From Fidelibacterota bacterium (GTDB taxonomy: Bacteria; Fidelibacterota; UBA2242; JAOZSR01), in assembly GCA_029939575.1 (NCBI GenBank), contig JAOZSR010000006.1, positions 4,037 to 68,036 on the forward strand: 64,000 nt of DNA. Direction: 5' to 3'. How positions within the stretch are numbered: position 1 is the first letter of the stretch; every line of letters starts with the position of its first letter. Under the pieces are notes generated by a model. The model was not told the DNA's origin. It did no database searches and worked only from the letters and a program-made list of their open reading frames with translations. A program made the position numbers and the translations under genes. Positions 29,355 through 39,578 of the stretch are shown piece by piece.

Positions 29355-30233
29355 ATGATAAAAAGTATGACAGGGTTTGGGAAAAGCGAATTTCAGAATG
29401 GAGATGCAACTATTAGTGTTGAAATCCAAGCAGTAAATAATCGCTTTTTTGATACTTTATTAAGAATGCCGGATTTTTTTGAAAGTTATGGTACTGAATT
29501 AAAAAAAATATTAAAAACAGAATTAGTGCGTGGCAGAATTAGTGTTTTTATAAAATATTCTAAATCTGAAACAGAATCAGAACAGGTAGTAATTAATGAA
29601 TCTTTAGTAAAAGAATATTTGGATAAAATTGAAAATTTGAGGAGTAAATTAAATTTAGATCAAACTATTTCATTAGAACATTTATTAGAATTACCGGATG
29701 CTGTTAAAATTGAAATGTCTGAAACTAATATTAATAAAATTTTTATAGCAATTAAGAAAACAATGCTAAATGCTATTTTAGATTTACAAAAAATGAGACT
29801 GGAAGAGGGAAAACATCTTGCTAATGATATTATTGATCGGCTTGTTAAAATAGAAGATACTATCCAAGAAATTAATAATGAATCCAATCAGAATAAAAAT
29901 GAAAATTATCAGAAATATTGTAATTACCTGAAAGAAATTTGTGCTGATATTGATATTAATGAAGATAGAGTAATTCAGGAAGCAGCCATTATTTCAAAAA
30001 AAATGGATATCACTGAGGAATGCACTCGTCTTTTTAGTCATATCCAACAATTCAGAAAATATTTGGATAATTCCGATGATATTGGAAAAAAGATGACCTT
30101 CATTCTACAGGAAATGAATCGGGAAGTAACAACAATTGGCTCAAAGTGTGAAAGTGCAGAAATTTCACATAAAGTTGTTGATGTTAAAAATGAACTTGAA
30201 AAAATCAGAGAACAGGCGCAAAATATTTTATGA
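29355..30233 (+). CDS. yicC: YicC-family stress-induced protein
   Basis: MIKSMTGFGKSEF…NNRFFD… N-terminal YicC signature. Canonical yicC-gmk-rpoZ order. Confidence 0.85.
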   Translation: MIKSMTGFGKSEFQNGDATISVEIQAVNNRFFDTLLRMPDFFESYGTELKKILKTELVRGRISVFIKYSKSETESEQVVINESLVKEYLDKIENLRSKLNLDQTISLEHLLELPDAVKIEMSETNINKIFIAIKKTMLNAILDLQKMRLEEGKHLANDIIDRLVKIEDTIQEINNESNQNKNENYQKYCNYLKEICADIDINEDRVIQEAAIISKKMDITEECTRLFSHIQQFRKYLDNSDDIGKKMTFILQEMNREVTTIGSKCESAEISHKVVDVKNELEKIREQAQNIL

Positions 30234-30796
30234 TAGGAAATGGATTGCTATTACCGATTGCTGCACCATCAGGAACTGGGAAAACAACTGTTTGTGGCGA
30301 ATTATTGAAATCTGATATTTGTTTTGAGTTTTCAGTATCATGTACAACCAGGAAGCCACGGGGAGCAGAAATTGATGGTATTGAATACCATTTTGTGACC
30401 AAAGAAACATTTGAAAAATATATAATTGAAAATAAGTTAGTAGAATGGGAAATGGTTTTTGAAAATTATTATGGAACTTTAAAGTCTACTTTACAGGAAG
30501 CCATTGATTTGAAAAAAAATTTACTATTAGATATAGATGTAAAAGGTGCTTTAAATATAAAAAAAATGTTTCCGGACAATACAACAACTGTCTTTTTACT
30601 TCCACCGACAAATGAAGAATTAATTAAAAGGTTAAGAAAACGAGGTACTGAGGATGAAGAAACAATTCAAAAAAGATTGGCAAGACTTCCGGAGGAATTA
30701 CAAATAAGTGATCAATTCGATTATCGAATTATAAATAATAAATTAAATGAAACAACCGAAAAAATATTAAAAATAATTAAGGAAGGAAAAAAATGA
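30230..30796 (+). CDS. gmk: guanylate kinase
   Basis: P-loop APSGTGKTT; SVSCTTRKPRGAEIDGIEYHFV. Confidence 0.9.
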   Translation: MIGNGLLLPIAAPSGTGKTTVCGELLKSDICFEFSVSCTTRKPRGAEIDGIEYHFVTKETFEKYIIENKLVEWEMVFENYYGTLKSTLQEAIDLKKNLLLDIDVKGALNIKKMFPDNTTTVFLLPPTNEELIKRLRKRGTEDEETIQKRLARLPEELQISDQFDYRIINNKLNETTEKILKIIKEGKK

Positions 30797-31116
30797 TAGA
30801 TACAATAGATTTTTCAAAATTAAGAGATCAATCGGAAGATATTTTCGAATTAATTGTTGTCGCTTCAAAAAGAGCGAAACAGATTAATGCTCTTAGAGTT
30901 GCTCAAAATCCTTTACCATCTTTAGGAAAAAATGCTGAAGAAACTTTTGAGGAAACCCCCGATGAAGAAGAAATGATTAACTGGGATGAGATTGACAAAC
31001 CGGTTACTGTTGCAGTTGATGAGATGTTGAGCTCAAAAATTGACTATGGATATCCCGAAGATGAATCCGATGAAGTGGAAAAAGAAATAAAAACAGATAC
31101 TGACCAAAGTGAATAG
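30793..31116 (+). CDS. rpoZ: DNA-directed RNA polymerase subunit omega
   Basis: FELIVVASKRAKQINALR core, followed by an acidic tail. Confidence 0.8.
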   Translation: MIDTIDFSKLRDQSEDIFELIVVASKRAKQINALRVAQNPLPSLGKNAEETFEETPDEEEMINWDEIDKPVTVAVDEMLSSKIDYGYPEDESDEVEKEIKTDTDQSE

Positions 31117-32302
31117 TTTATTAGGTAAAAAAATAATCCTTGGATTGACAGGCGGAATTGCAATATATAAATCCGCTTATTTATTAAGGCGATTATGTAG
31201 TGATTATGGCGCTGATGTTCAGGTGGTAATGACAAAATCTGCTCTTGAATTCATGTCACCTGTGATCTTCGAGACATTTAGTGGGAAAAAAGTGATTAGT
31301 GAAATGTTCCCCAAAGAATTGTCAGGAACCCGACATGTGGATTTACCTGTAGAAGCCGATATGGTATTAGTAGCACCGGCAACTGCAAATATTCTGGCAA
31401 AAGCAGCTCATGGAATTTCTGATGATTTATTAAGTGCAATTATCCTGGTCGCCGGAAACAAAACAGTTTTCGCACCTGCTATGAATGTTAATATGCTGGA
31501 AAATCCCGCTACAATAGAAAATATCAGAATTCTAAAAGAACGCTCCTATGATTTTATTGATAGTGAAGAAGGAGAATTGGCTTGTAATACCAGTGGTAAA
31601 GGTAGATTGGCTGATGAGTATAAAATTCTGGAAATAGTCGAATCAAAATTAGCCGGTAATAAATTACTTGATGGAAAAAATGTGATTGTAACTGCCGGCC
31701 CGACACGTGAATATATTGACCCTGTTAGATTTATTTCAAACCGTTCATCCGGAAAAATGGGATATGCTGTTGCTGCAGAGGCAGTGAAGCAGGGAGCCAG
31801 AGTGACATTAATATCGGGACCAACAAACCTGGCAACGCCATTTGGAGTGGAAAAAATTTCTATTGAATCGGCTAATGATCTTCAAAAAACACTTTTGGAC
31901 AACAACGATAATGTTGATTATCTTTTTATGGTAGCAGCTGTGGAAGATTTGTGTCCACTTGAATTTTCTAAAGATAAAATTAAGAAGAATAATATACCTG
32001 AGAAAATTGATTTGAAATTAGCACCGGATATTGTTTCTGCCTTTAGGAAATTAAATCCACAAACCTGCATAATCGGATTTAGTGTGGAAATGGAAAATGG
32101 TAAAAGAAGATCTATAGAAAAAATGAAGTCTAAAAATCTTGATTATATTGTCTGGAATGATCCTTCCAAAAAGGGTGTTGCTTTTGAAACAGAAACCAAC
32201 GAGGTGACGGTTTTTTCTGCAAAGGGAATGGAAACTTTCCTGAAAAAAGATACCAAAAGAAATATTGCTCAGGGGATAATAAAACTAATAAAAAATAATT
32301 AA
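31109..32302 (+). CDS. coaBC: bifunctional phosphopantothenoylcysteine decarboxylase/phosphopantothenate-cysteine ligase
   Basis: Flavoprotein N-domain (ILGLTGGIAIYKS) and CoaB domain (VTAGPTREYIDPVRFISNRSSGKMG). Confidence 0.9.
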   Translation: MNSLLGKKIILGLTGGIAIYKSAYLLRRLCSDYGADVQVVMTKSALEFMSPVIFETFSGKKVISEMFPKELSGTRHVDLPVEADMVLVAPATANILAKAAHGISDDLLSAIILVAGNKTVFAPAMNVNMLENPATIENIRILKERSYDFIDSEEGELACNTSGKGRLADEYKILEIVESKLAGNKLLDGKNVIVTAGPTREYIDPVRFISNRSSGKMGYAVAAEAVKQGARVTLISGPTNLATPFGVEKISIESANDLQKTLLDNNDNVDYLFMVAAVEDLCPLEFSKDKIKKNNIPEKIDLKLAPDIVSAFRKLNPQTCIIGFSVEMENGKRRSIEKMKSKNLDYIVWNDPSKKGVAFETETNEVTVFSAKGMETFLKKDTKRNIAQGIIKLIKNN

Positions 32303-32309
32303 GCAATTA

Positions 32310-32987
32310 ATGATTGAAGTACAGGAAAAAATAAAACAATATTTTTCACAGCAACAGGAGTTGTATCCGGGAGATTACTATTTAACCAATGATAATCCGG
32401 CATTACATCCTGATATTGAATCCAAACAGTTAAGTTTGGCAACTTTGAAAAAGGATGTCGAATTTTGTCAAAAATGTGATTTGTGTAATGTACGTGAAAA
32501 TACTGTATTTGGTGAAGGAAATGAAAATGCCGATTTAATGCTAATCGGCGATTTGCCTTGTTCGGAAGATGATAAAGTAGGTAAACCATTCAATGGTGAA
32601 GCAGGAGAACTATTAGATAAAATTTTGAAAGCAATTAATCTGAACAGAAATCAATTGTATGTTACTAATGTATTAAAATGTAAAACTCCTGACAATAAAA
32701 ATCCCCATGTAGCTGAAAAAGATGCCTGTAAATTTTTTCTTGAGCAACAAATTGAATTAATTAAACCAAAATTAATTGTATGCCTGGGAAAAACAGCAGG
32801 ACAGATTTTGTTGAAAACTGAAGAAAAATTACAAAACATGCGGAAAAAAATATGGCAATACAAAGATATAGATGTTATAGTAACATATCATCCTGCAGCT
32901 TTGCTTCATAACCAAAGTTTTAAAAAGCCAACATGGGTAGATTTTCAAAAAATTGAAAAACTATATAAAGAAATAAGCGGAGAATAA
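32310..32987 (+). CDS. uracil-DNA glycosylase, family 4 (Fe-S type)
   Basis: GEGNENADLMLIGDLPCSEDDKVGKPFNGEAGELL…YVTNVLKCKTP family-4 motifs. Confidence 0.85.
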   Translation: MIEVQEKIKQYFSQQQELYPGDYYLTNDNPALHPDIESKQLSLATLKKDVEFCQKCDLCNVRENTVFGEGNENADLMLIGDLPCSEDDKVGKPFNGEAGELLDKILKAINLNRNQLYVTNVLKCKTPDNKNPHVAEKDACKFFLEQQIELIKPKLIVCLGKTAGQILLKTEEKLQNMRKKIWQYKDIDVIVTYHPAALLHNQSFKKPTWVDFQKIEKLYKEISGE

Positions 32988-32989
32988 AT

Positions 32990-34390
32990 TTGGCCAAAGA
33001 AAAAGTAAATAGCCAGATATTAAAAGTGCCACCACATGCAGATGAAGCTGAAGTTTCCGTTTTGGGAGCAATGATGTTGGATACCGAGGCAGTCAGTAAA
33101 GTATTCCAATATATCGATCATACTGCTTTTTATAAAAATGCACACCAATTAATATTTAAAACAATGGAGCACCTGTTTAATGAAAATTCTCCTATTGATC
33201 AGATTTCTGTTATTGAAGGTTTAAAGAAAAAGAAAAATTTGGAAGAAGTTGGTGGCGCATATTATATAACAGGTCTTGTAGAATCAACTCCTTCGGCTGC
33301 TAATGTTGAATATTATACAAAAATTGTAATGGAAAAATCCATTTTACGGAAATTGATATCTGTATCCAATGAGATCCAAACTGAAGCCTATGATGGAAAA
33401 AATGAATTACATGATATTATTGACAATGCTGAAACAAAAATATTTGCCCTTTCAGAATCGAGATCTAAAGAAGGATTTAAGAATTTTCTAAGCGTTTTAA
33501 ATACTACTTTTGAACATATTGACACTATGAGTAATTCTGAATACCATACAACTGGTATTCCTTCCGGATTTAATCGTCTTGATGATATGACATCTGGATT
33601 TCACGACGGTGATTTAGTTATTTTAGCTGGTCGGCCAAGTATGGGGAAAACTGCTTTAGCCTTAACAATTGCCAGGAATGCAGCAGTAGAATTTAATGTT
33701 CCGATCGGATTTTTTAGCCTTGAAATGCCTGATTATCAATTGGCTCTAAGGTTGCTATGCGCAGAAGCCGGTGTGGATAATCATCTTGTCAGAACCGGAA
33801 AATTACCAAAGGAACAATGGCGCAAGTTAACAGAAAAAACTTCAAAATTAACTGATGCACCTATATTTATTGATGATACACCGGCATTGTCCTTAACAGA
33901 AATCCGGGCAAAAGCCAGACGTTTAAAGGCAGAAAGTGATATAAAACTAATAGTGATAGATTACCTTCAGTTGATTAAGGGAAATGCAAGAATTGATAGC
34001 AGACAGCAACAGATAACTGAAATTTCTCAGGGATTGAAAGCTCTTGCAAAAGAAATAAAGGTTCCTGTACTTGCTCTATCTCAATTATCAAGAGCTGTAG
34101 AAAGCAGGACAGGTGATCACAGACCCCAATTATCTGATTTAAGAGAAAGCGGTGCTATTGAACAGGACGCAGATGTGGTGATGTTTGTATATAGGCCGAT
34201 AGTATATGCAAGAAAAGCTGGTGATGAAGAAAGAATGAATGATCCGGCTTTTCAACAAGAAGCCGAGATAATTATTGGAAAACAAAGAAATGGGCCGATT
34301 GGTATTGTAAATGTTGCTTTTATTGATAGATTTGCTCAATTTAAAAATTTAGACACTCATCATCATCATGATGAAGAAACGCCTTTTTAA
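32990..34390 (+). CDS. dnaB: replicative DNA helicase DnaB
   Basis: Walker A GRPSMGKTALAL; DnaB N-terminal domain. TTG start. Unusual C-terminal …DTHHHHDEETPF tail. Confidence 0.9.
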   Translation: MAKEKVNSQILKVPPHADEAEVSVLGAMMLDTEAVSKVFQYIDHTAFYKNAHQLIFKTMEHLFNENSPIDQISVIEGLKKKKNLEEVGGAYYITGLVESTPSAANVEYYTKIVMEKSILRKLISVSNEIQTEAYDGKNELHDIIDNAETKIFALSESRSKEGFKNFLSVLNTTFEHIDTMSNSEYHTTGIPSGFNRLDDMTSGFHDGDLVILAGRPSMGKTALALTIARNAAVEFNVPIGFFSLEMPDYQLALRLLCAEAGVDNHLVRTGKLPKEQWRKLTEKTSKLTDAPIFIDDTPALSLTEIRAKARRLKAESDIKLIVIDYLQLIKGNARIDSRQQQITEISQGLKALAKEIKVPVLALSQLSRAVESRTGDHRPQLSDLRESGAIEQDADVVMFVYRPIVYARKAGDEERMNDPAFQQEAEIIIGKQRNGPIGIVNVAFIDRFAQFKNLDTHHHHDEETPF

Positions 34391-34410
34391 ATTATTATTG
34401 TAAAGAGATA

Positions 34411-36567
34411 ATGCATAACAGATTAGAGAAAAAGCCACAAAAATTTTATAACTTAATTAATGCGAGTAGTATTAAGGAACGTATTAAAGATGAGGATATT
34501 GAATATTTATGGAATGTCTATAAATATGCGAGAGATGCACATCGGGGACAAAAGAGAAAATCAGGTGAACCCTATTTTGAGCATCCTTTCCAAACGGCAA
34601 AAATTCTTGCAGAAATGAATATGGATATTCGTACAGTTGCCGGTGGATTATTGCACGATGTTATTGAAGATACAGGAATTGTATTTAAGGATATTGAAAA
34701 AGAATTTGGTTATGATGTTGCTAAATTAGTTGAAGGTGTAACAAAAATCAGTGGTATTACATTTAAAAGCCGTCAACAGGAACAGGCTGATAATTTTAGA
34801 AAAATGTTATTAAGTGTTGCCGAGGATATTCGGGTAATTATTATTAAACTTGCAGATAGACTACATAATATGCAAACTCTTGCAGCCCTACCGAAAATAA
34901 AACGCCGGAGAATTGCCATAGAAACGCGGGATGTATATACTCCTTTGGCACATAGGTTGGGTATGTACAAATTGAAATCTGATTTGGAAGACCTTGTATT
35001 AAAAAATCTTGATCATGATTCATTTATGTTTCTGCAAAAAAAAGTCAGAGAAAAACGTAGTAAAAGACAAAAATATATCAAAATTTTTACCGAACCAATA
35101 AAAAAAGAATTAAAAACCCTGGGAATATCTGCCAGAGTTTTCGGTAGACCTAAGCATTTTTATTCAATTTATAGGAAAATGAAACTTCAAAATAAACCTT
35201 TTGAAGAAATTTATGATCTTTTAGCAATAAGAATCATTGTGGATTCAAAAGATCTTTGTTATGCTGTATTAGGAGTTGTACATCAATTGTTTACACCGCT
35301 TTCAGATCGATTCAAAGATTATATAGCAAACCACAAAGCAAATTATTACCAGTCGATTCATACAACTGTATATGGAGCTCGGGGAAGAGTTGTGGAAATT
35401 CAGATTCGAACCGAGGAGATGGAGGAGATTGCTGAAGAAGGAATTGCCGCTCATTGGAAATATAAAGAAGGTTTATCAAAGCCCGAAGAAGTGGATAAAT
35501 ATGTTGCCTGGTTAAGAGACCTTGTTGATGTACTTCAGACCGATGTATCAGACCCTAAAGATTTTATGGAAACACTAAAAATTGATCTTTTTAGTGATGA
35601 AATATTTGTTTTTACTCCCATGGGTGACCTTGTTCGACTTGCAAAAGGGGCATGTAGCATTGATTTTGCTTTTGAAGTACATACCCAGGTGGGATTTAAA
35701 TGTATCGGAGCAAAAGTTGACGGAAAAATTGTTCCGTTAAATAAAGAACTTAATAGTGGGCAAACTATTGAAATAATTACTTCAGAAACTCAAAAACCAA
35801 GTTTAGCCTGGTTGAAGTTTGTTAAAACCGGCAAAGCCCTCGCTGCAATCAAAAAATATTTTCGGCAAAGCAGATATGATGAAAGTGTTAAACTTGGGAA
35901 AGAAATGGTAGAAAAGGAAAATCGAAAAAACAAACATCGGGATATTTCCAACCTGGTTCAAAATTCATTTAAAGAACTTGGGTATGAAAATATGAATAAA
36001 ATTTATTCTGCCATTGGAAGTGGAGTACTGACAATTTCAACAATATATTCAAAATTGCTTAAAAATAACGCACCGGACATCATTTCAAAAGATCCGGATG
36101 AAATATTTATTGAAACAGCCAGGCAAAGTGTAAAAGGTGTTAAAGTGCAGGGTGTAGATAACCTGCTGGTAAACTTTGCAAATTGTTGCAAGCCTATTCC
36201 CGGAGATGAAATTATCGGCTTTGTTAGTCGGGGAAGAGGAATAATTATTCATAAAAATGATTGTTCCAACTTACCTGCACTTTTAGAAGAAAACGACAGG
36301 ATTATTGATGTATCCTGGGATGTTGGACATAATCAAGCCTTTTTAGCCCATGTAAAAGTTATGGGGCAGGAAAAGAAACATTTTTTAAAAGATGTAACCG
36401 AAATAATTTCAAATATGGAAACAAATATTGTTAGTATAGATGGAAATGTAGATGAAACAATTATTTATGTATCTTTAGTTTTAGAGGTTTCTAATTTAAG
36501 ACATCTGAATAAGATTATTACTAATCTAAGAAAGATACAGGGTATTATATCAATTGAACGTAAATAA
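34411..36567 (+). CDS. bifunctional (p)ppGpp synthetase/hydrolase (RelA/SpoT homolog)
   Basis: HD hydrolase motif (HDVIEDT), synthetase domain, TGS and C-terminal ACT-like regions. 718 aa. Confidence 0.9.
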   Translation: MHNRLEKKPQKFYNLINASSIKERIKDEDIEYLWNVYKYARDAHRGQKRKSGEPYFEHPFQTAKILAEMNMDIRTVAGGLLHDVIEDTGIVFKDIEKEFGYDVAKLVEGVTKISGITFKSRQQEQADNFRKMLLSVAEDIRVIIIKLADRLHNMQTLAALPKIKRRRIAIETRDVYTPLAHRLGMYKLKSDLEDLVLKNLDHDSFMFLQKKVREKRSKRQKYIKIFTEPIKKELKTLGISARVFGRPKHFYSIYRKMKLQNKPFEEIYDLLAIRIIVDSKDLCYAVLGVVHQLFTPLSDRFKDYIANHKANYYQSIHTTVYGARGRVVEIQIRTEEMEEIAEEGIAAHWKYKEGLSKPEEVDKYVAWLRDLVDVLQTDVSDPKDFMETLKIDLFSDEIFVFTPMGDLVRLAKGACSIDFAFEVHTQVGFKCIGAKVDGKIVPLNKELNSGQTIEIITSETQKPSLAWLKFVKTGKALAAIKKYFRQSRYDESVKLGKEMVEKENRKNKHRDISNLVQNSFKELGYENMNKIYSAIGSGVLTISTIYSKLLKNNAPDIISKDPDEIFIETARQSVKGVKVQGVDNLLVNFANCCKPIPGDEIIGFVSRGRGIIIHKNDCSNLPALLEENDRIIDVSWDVGHNQAFLAHVKVMGQEKKHFLKDVTEIISNMETNIVSIDGNVDETIIYVSLVLEVSNLRHLNKIITNLRKIQGIISIERK

Positions 36568-36579
36568 CAGGAGGTATTA

Positions 36580-36900
36580 ATGCGAGCAAAAACGTACACA
36601 AAAAAAGATGTTGTGAAAAGAACCGCCAAAAAACTGAACAAAAAAATCTACGAAACAGAAGATATCGTAGATGGTGTTTTTCAGATTCTGCGTGAAATGT
36701 TGATCGAAGACGACAAACAACTAAGAATTGAAATTCGCAATTTTGGAACTTTTGAAGTAAAACCTACAAAAGCAAAACCAAAAGCCAGAAATCCAAGGAC
36801 AAATGAAGAAGTTTATGTTGAACCAAGAAGAAAAACACACTTCAGCCCTGGAAAACTGATTAAAGAGGCTTTGAAAAAACCTCATTCAGAACTTAAATAA
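36580..36900 (+). CDS. hup: HU/IHF-family DNA-binding protein
   Basis: …RNFGTFEVKPTKAKPKARNPRTNEEVYVEPRRKTHFSPGKLIKEAL arm motif. AGGAGGT RBS. Confidence 0.8.
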   Translation: MRAKTYTKKDVVKRTAKKLNKKIYETEDIVDGVFQILREMLIEDDKQLRIEIRNFGTFEVKPTKAKPKARNPRTNEEVYVEPRRKTHFSPGKLIKEALKKPHSELK

Positions 36901-36920
36901 TAAGTTTTTCTTTTATAATA

Positions 36921-36966
36921 TTAACAGATAGAATCAAATTTGGTTCTATCTGTTAAATATTATTTT
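36921..36966. terminator. rho-independent terminator after hup (13-bp perfect stem TTAACAGATAGAA / TTCTATCTGTTAA plus T-rich tail)
   Basis: Seen in the sequence. Confidence 0.7.
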
Positions 36967-36985
36967 AAGTTTGGCATCTACGTGA

Positions 36986-37024
36986 TTTCAAATAGATAAT
37001 GATAGGTTTATTATCTATTTGAAA
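36986..37024. repeat. second perfect hairpin (15-bp stem TTTCAAATAGATAAT / ATTATCTATTTGAAA) immediately after the first
   Basis: Seen in the sequence. Shares the AAATAGAT/ATCTATTT core and a nearby TGGCATCTA with the hairpin at 9812-9847. Confidence 0.5.
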
Positions 37025-37366
37025 TTATTAGGTGATTTAAATTCTGTACAAATTATTTTATATTTTTTATTACTAAGAAAAATAATAAGAAATATTTTAA
37101 TTTATTTTAGGCAGAAAATGATAAACCTTTCAAAATAATATTTTTTTGATATTATTCAATAATCAGAAAAATTTACCTGCAATTAAGCAGTTAACCATAG
37201 AATAATCAAATATGATTTTTCCATGGATGATTGTTTAAAATATTGTAAACTTGCACTTCATAAATGTAGGGTAAATGATTATTTTTTGCTATACATTGCA
37301 ATTAGAGAGTTAAATTAGAAAATTGAGGAAAAAATCGGGGAAATAATAAAGAAAACGCCAAATTGG

Positions 37367-38902
37367 TTGTTTGCGGTTTTATCTGGAATATTAACAATTC
37401 TGGCTTTACCACCTTTTTCATTGGGATTTTTGGCTTATTTTTGCCTGATACCACTTTTTTATATTTTCATACGGGATGATTTTTATTATGGCTTTGAAAA
37501 GGGATTAATATTCGGTTTTGTTCTTAATTTGGGAGTTTTATATTGGTTGGCAGTAAACCAGGGTGCTAATTGGTATTGGGCTTTTCTTTCAATGATTATC
37601 GGAGTTTTATTTTTGTCTTTAGGATATGGGGTTGGAGGATTTTTTCTTGGGTATTTAGGTAGAAGATTTGGACGGAAATATTGGTTTTTTACTGTGCCCT
37701 TTATTTGGACATCAATGGAATTTCTCCGAACTTTTGGTGTATTGGGATTTAATTGGAATAATTTATGTTATACACAGGTTAAAGCAGTTCAATTAATTCA
37801 GCATGCTTCAATTTTTGGATCTCATGGAGTAAGCTACTGGATAGTACTTGTGAATATTGTTTTATTTCTGATAATCAGAAATCTCGGTAAAGGGGGAAAG
37901 GATTCTAGGAATTTAGTTATTGTGTTGGGTTTACTTTTTTTGATACCTGAAGTGTACGGACTTATAAAAATTAAAAGATATGAAAATAATGCCAATAAAA
38001 TGACAGAAGTGTCAATAGGTCTGATCCAACCAAATGTTGACCCAAATGAAAAATGGGTTAGAAGTGCTTTTAAAAAGAACATGCAGCTTTTATATGATTT
38101 GACAGATTCGATTTCAATAAAACCGTTGCATATTGTGGTTTGGCCGGAAACAGCTACTCCCACGTATCTGCGAAGAAATTATCGAAATACAATGACAAAA
38201 ATTTTTAGTTTTCTTGAAGAAAGAAATCTTTATCTTTTAACCGGAACTCCGGATTACGATATTGGTGATTCCAGTGAATATAAATTTTTTAATTCCACTT
38301 TTTTTGTTGATCCCTATAAAAAAGAATATGAAAAATATAGAAAAATAAAACTGGTACCTTTTGGTGAATATATTCCTCTATCTGAAGTTTTTCCTGACTT
38401 GAAAAAGTTAAATCTTGGACAAGGTAATTTCTTATCGGGAGATGAGATAAAAGTTTTTGAAATGCCCATAACAAACCATGAAAGTGTGACGGATACATTA
38501 CATTTTTCATCTGCAATATGTTATGAATCAACATTTCCTACTTTGATTTTGGATGGCTCCAGACTAGGCTCGGAAATGTTAATCATTGTTTCAAATGACG
38601 CCTGGTTTGGTAATACCTCGGCTCCATATTTACATGCAGAGATTGCCAGATTTCGCGCTATTGAAAATGGCTTTCCGGTAATTCGCTCTGCCAATACCGG
38701 AATTTCTGTTATTTATGATGCCATGGGGCAAGTGATTAAAAAACTTGATTTTGGGAAAAGGGGCTGGCTTGCTTCTAAAGTGAGAATAAGTAAAACAAAA
38801 ACTTTTTATCAAAAATATGGAAACTGGTTTAACTATCTGTGCGTTATAATAAGTATTGGTGTAGTGTTTTTAGGATTTTTTAGGAGAAAAATTAATGAGT
38901 AA
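37367..38902 (+). CDS. lnt: apolipoprotein N-acyltransferase
   Basis: N-terminal polytopic membrane domain plus a CN-hydrolase domain with VWPETATP (Glu) and ICYESTFP (Cys) catalytic motifs. Confidence 0.85.
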   Translation: MFAVLSGILTILALPPFSLGFLAYFCLIPLFYIFIRDDFYYGFEKGLIFGFVLNLGVLYWLAVNQGANWYWAFLSMIIGVLFLSLGYGVGGFFLGYLGRRFGRKYWFFTVPFIWTSMEFLRTFGVLGFNWNNLCYTQVKAVQLIQHASIFGSHGVSYWIVLVNIVLFLIIRNLGKGGKDSRNLVIVLGLLFLIPEVYGLIKIKRYENNANKMTEVSIGLIQPNVDPNEKWVRSAFKKNMQLLYDLTDSISIKPLHIVVWPETATPTYLRRNYRNTMTKIFSFLEERNLYLLTGTPDYDIGDSSEYKFFNSTFFVDPYKKEYEKYRKIKLVPFGEYIPLSEVFPDLKKLNLGQGNFLSGDEIKVFEMPITNHESVTDTLHFSSAICYESTFPTLILDGSRLGSEMLIIVSNDAWFGNTSAPYLHAEIARFRAIENGFPVIRSANTGISVIYDAMGQVIKKLDFGKRGWLASKVRISKTKTFYQKYGNWFNYLCVIISIGVVFLGFFRRKINE

Positions 38903-39578
38903 AATTAGATTTGCCTTTAAATTATTATTTTTAATAGTATTATTATTTTCATTATCCTATTCTGATGACAATAATGAAAATGAAATTAAAGAGATATCGG
39001 ATGAAATGTTATCAACCTCTCAGGCCAGGATAATATTATTTAAATCCCTGGTAGTTCCGGGATGGGGAGAACACAGTCTTGGAAATAGGAAAAGAGGCTA
39101 TGCCTTTAATTCATCGGATATTACTCTCTGGCTTTTATATGCGGCTTTAAAATATTATTCTGATGCGGAATATAGTAATATGGAAGCCTATGCTGCCACT
39201 CATGCTGGTATTAATCCATCTGATAAAGATAATATTTATTATACAGATATTGGAAATTATTTAAATATTTATGATTATAATAACCAAAAATTACGTTATA
39301 GACAAACGATGAAAATTTATCCCGAGAATGATAATTATTTTTGGAGTTGGGATAGCGATGAGTCAAGGAAGGAATTTGATAAAAAAAGATTGCGGACTTT
39401 GACTATCAGGCAAAATGCTTCATTTGTTTTAAGCGGGCTAATTGTGAATAGAATAATAAGTGCGATTGATATCATATCACTTACCAAAGATCGGGTTAAC
39501 AGACCAGATAGAGAATGGGCTGCAATAGTTTCTCCCGGACTTGATAGGATTTCACTTTCCTTAAACTTTTCCTTTTGA
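38895..39578 (+). CDS. hypothetical secreted protein
   Basis: Signal peptide. SLVVPGWGEHSLGNRKRGY motif. No confident family assignment. Confidence 0.4.
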   Translation: MSKIRFAFKLLFLIVLLFSLSYSDDNNENEIKEISDEMLSTSQARIILFKSLVVPGWGEHSLGNRKRGYAFNSSDITLWLLYAALKYYSDAEYSNMEAYAATHAGINPSDKDNIYYTDIGNYLNIYDYNNQKLRYRQTMKIYPENDNYFWSWDSDESRKEFDKKRLRTLTIRQNASFVLSGLIVNRIISAIDIISLTKDRVNRPDREWAAIVSPGLDRISLSLNFSF

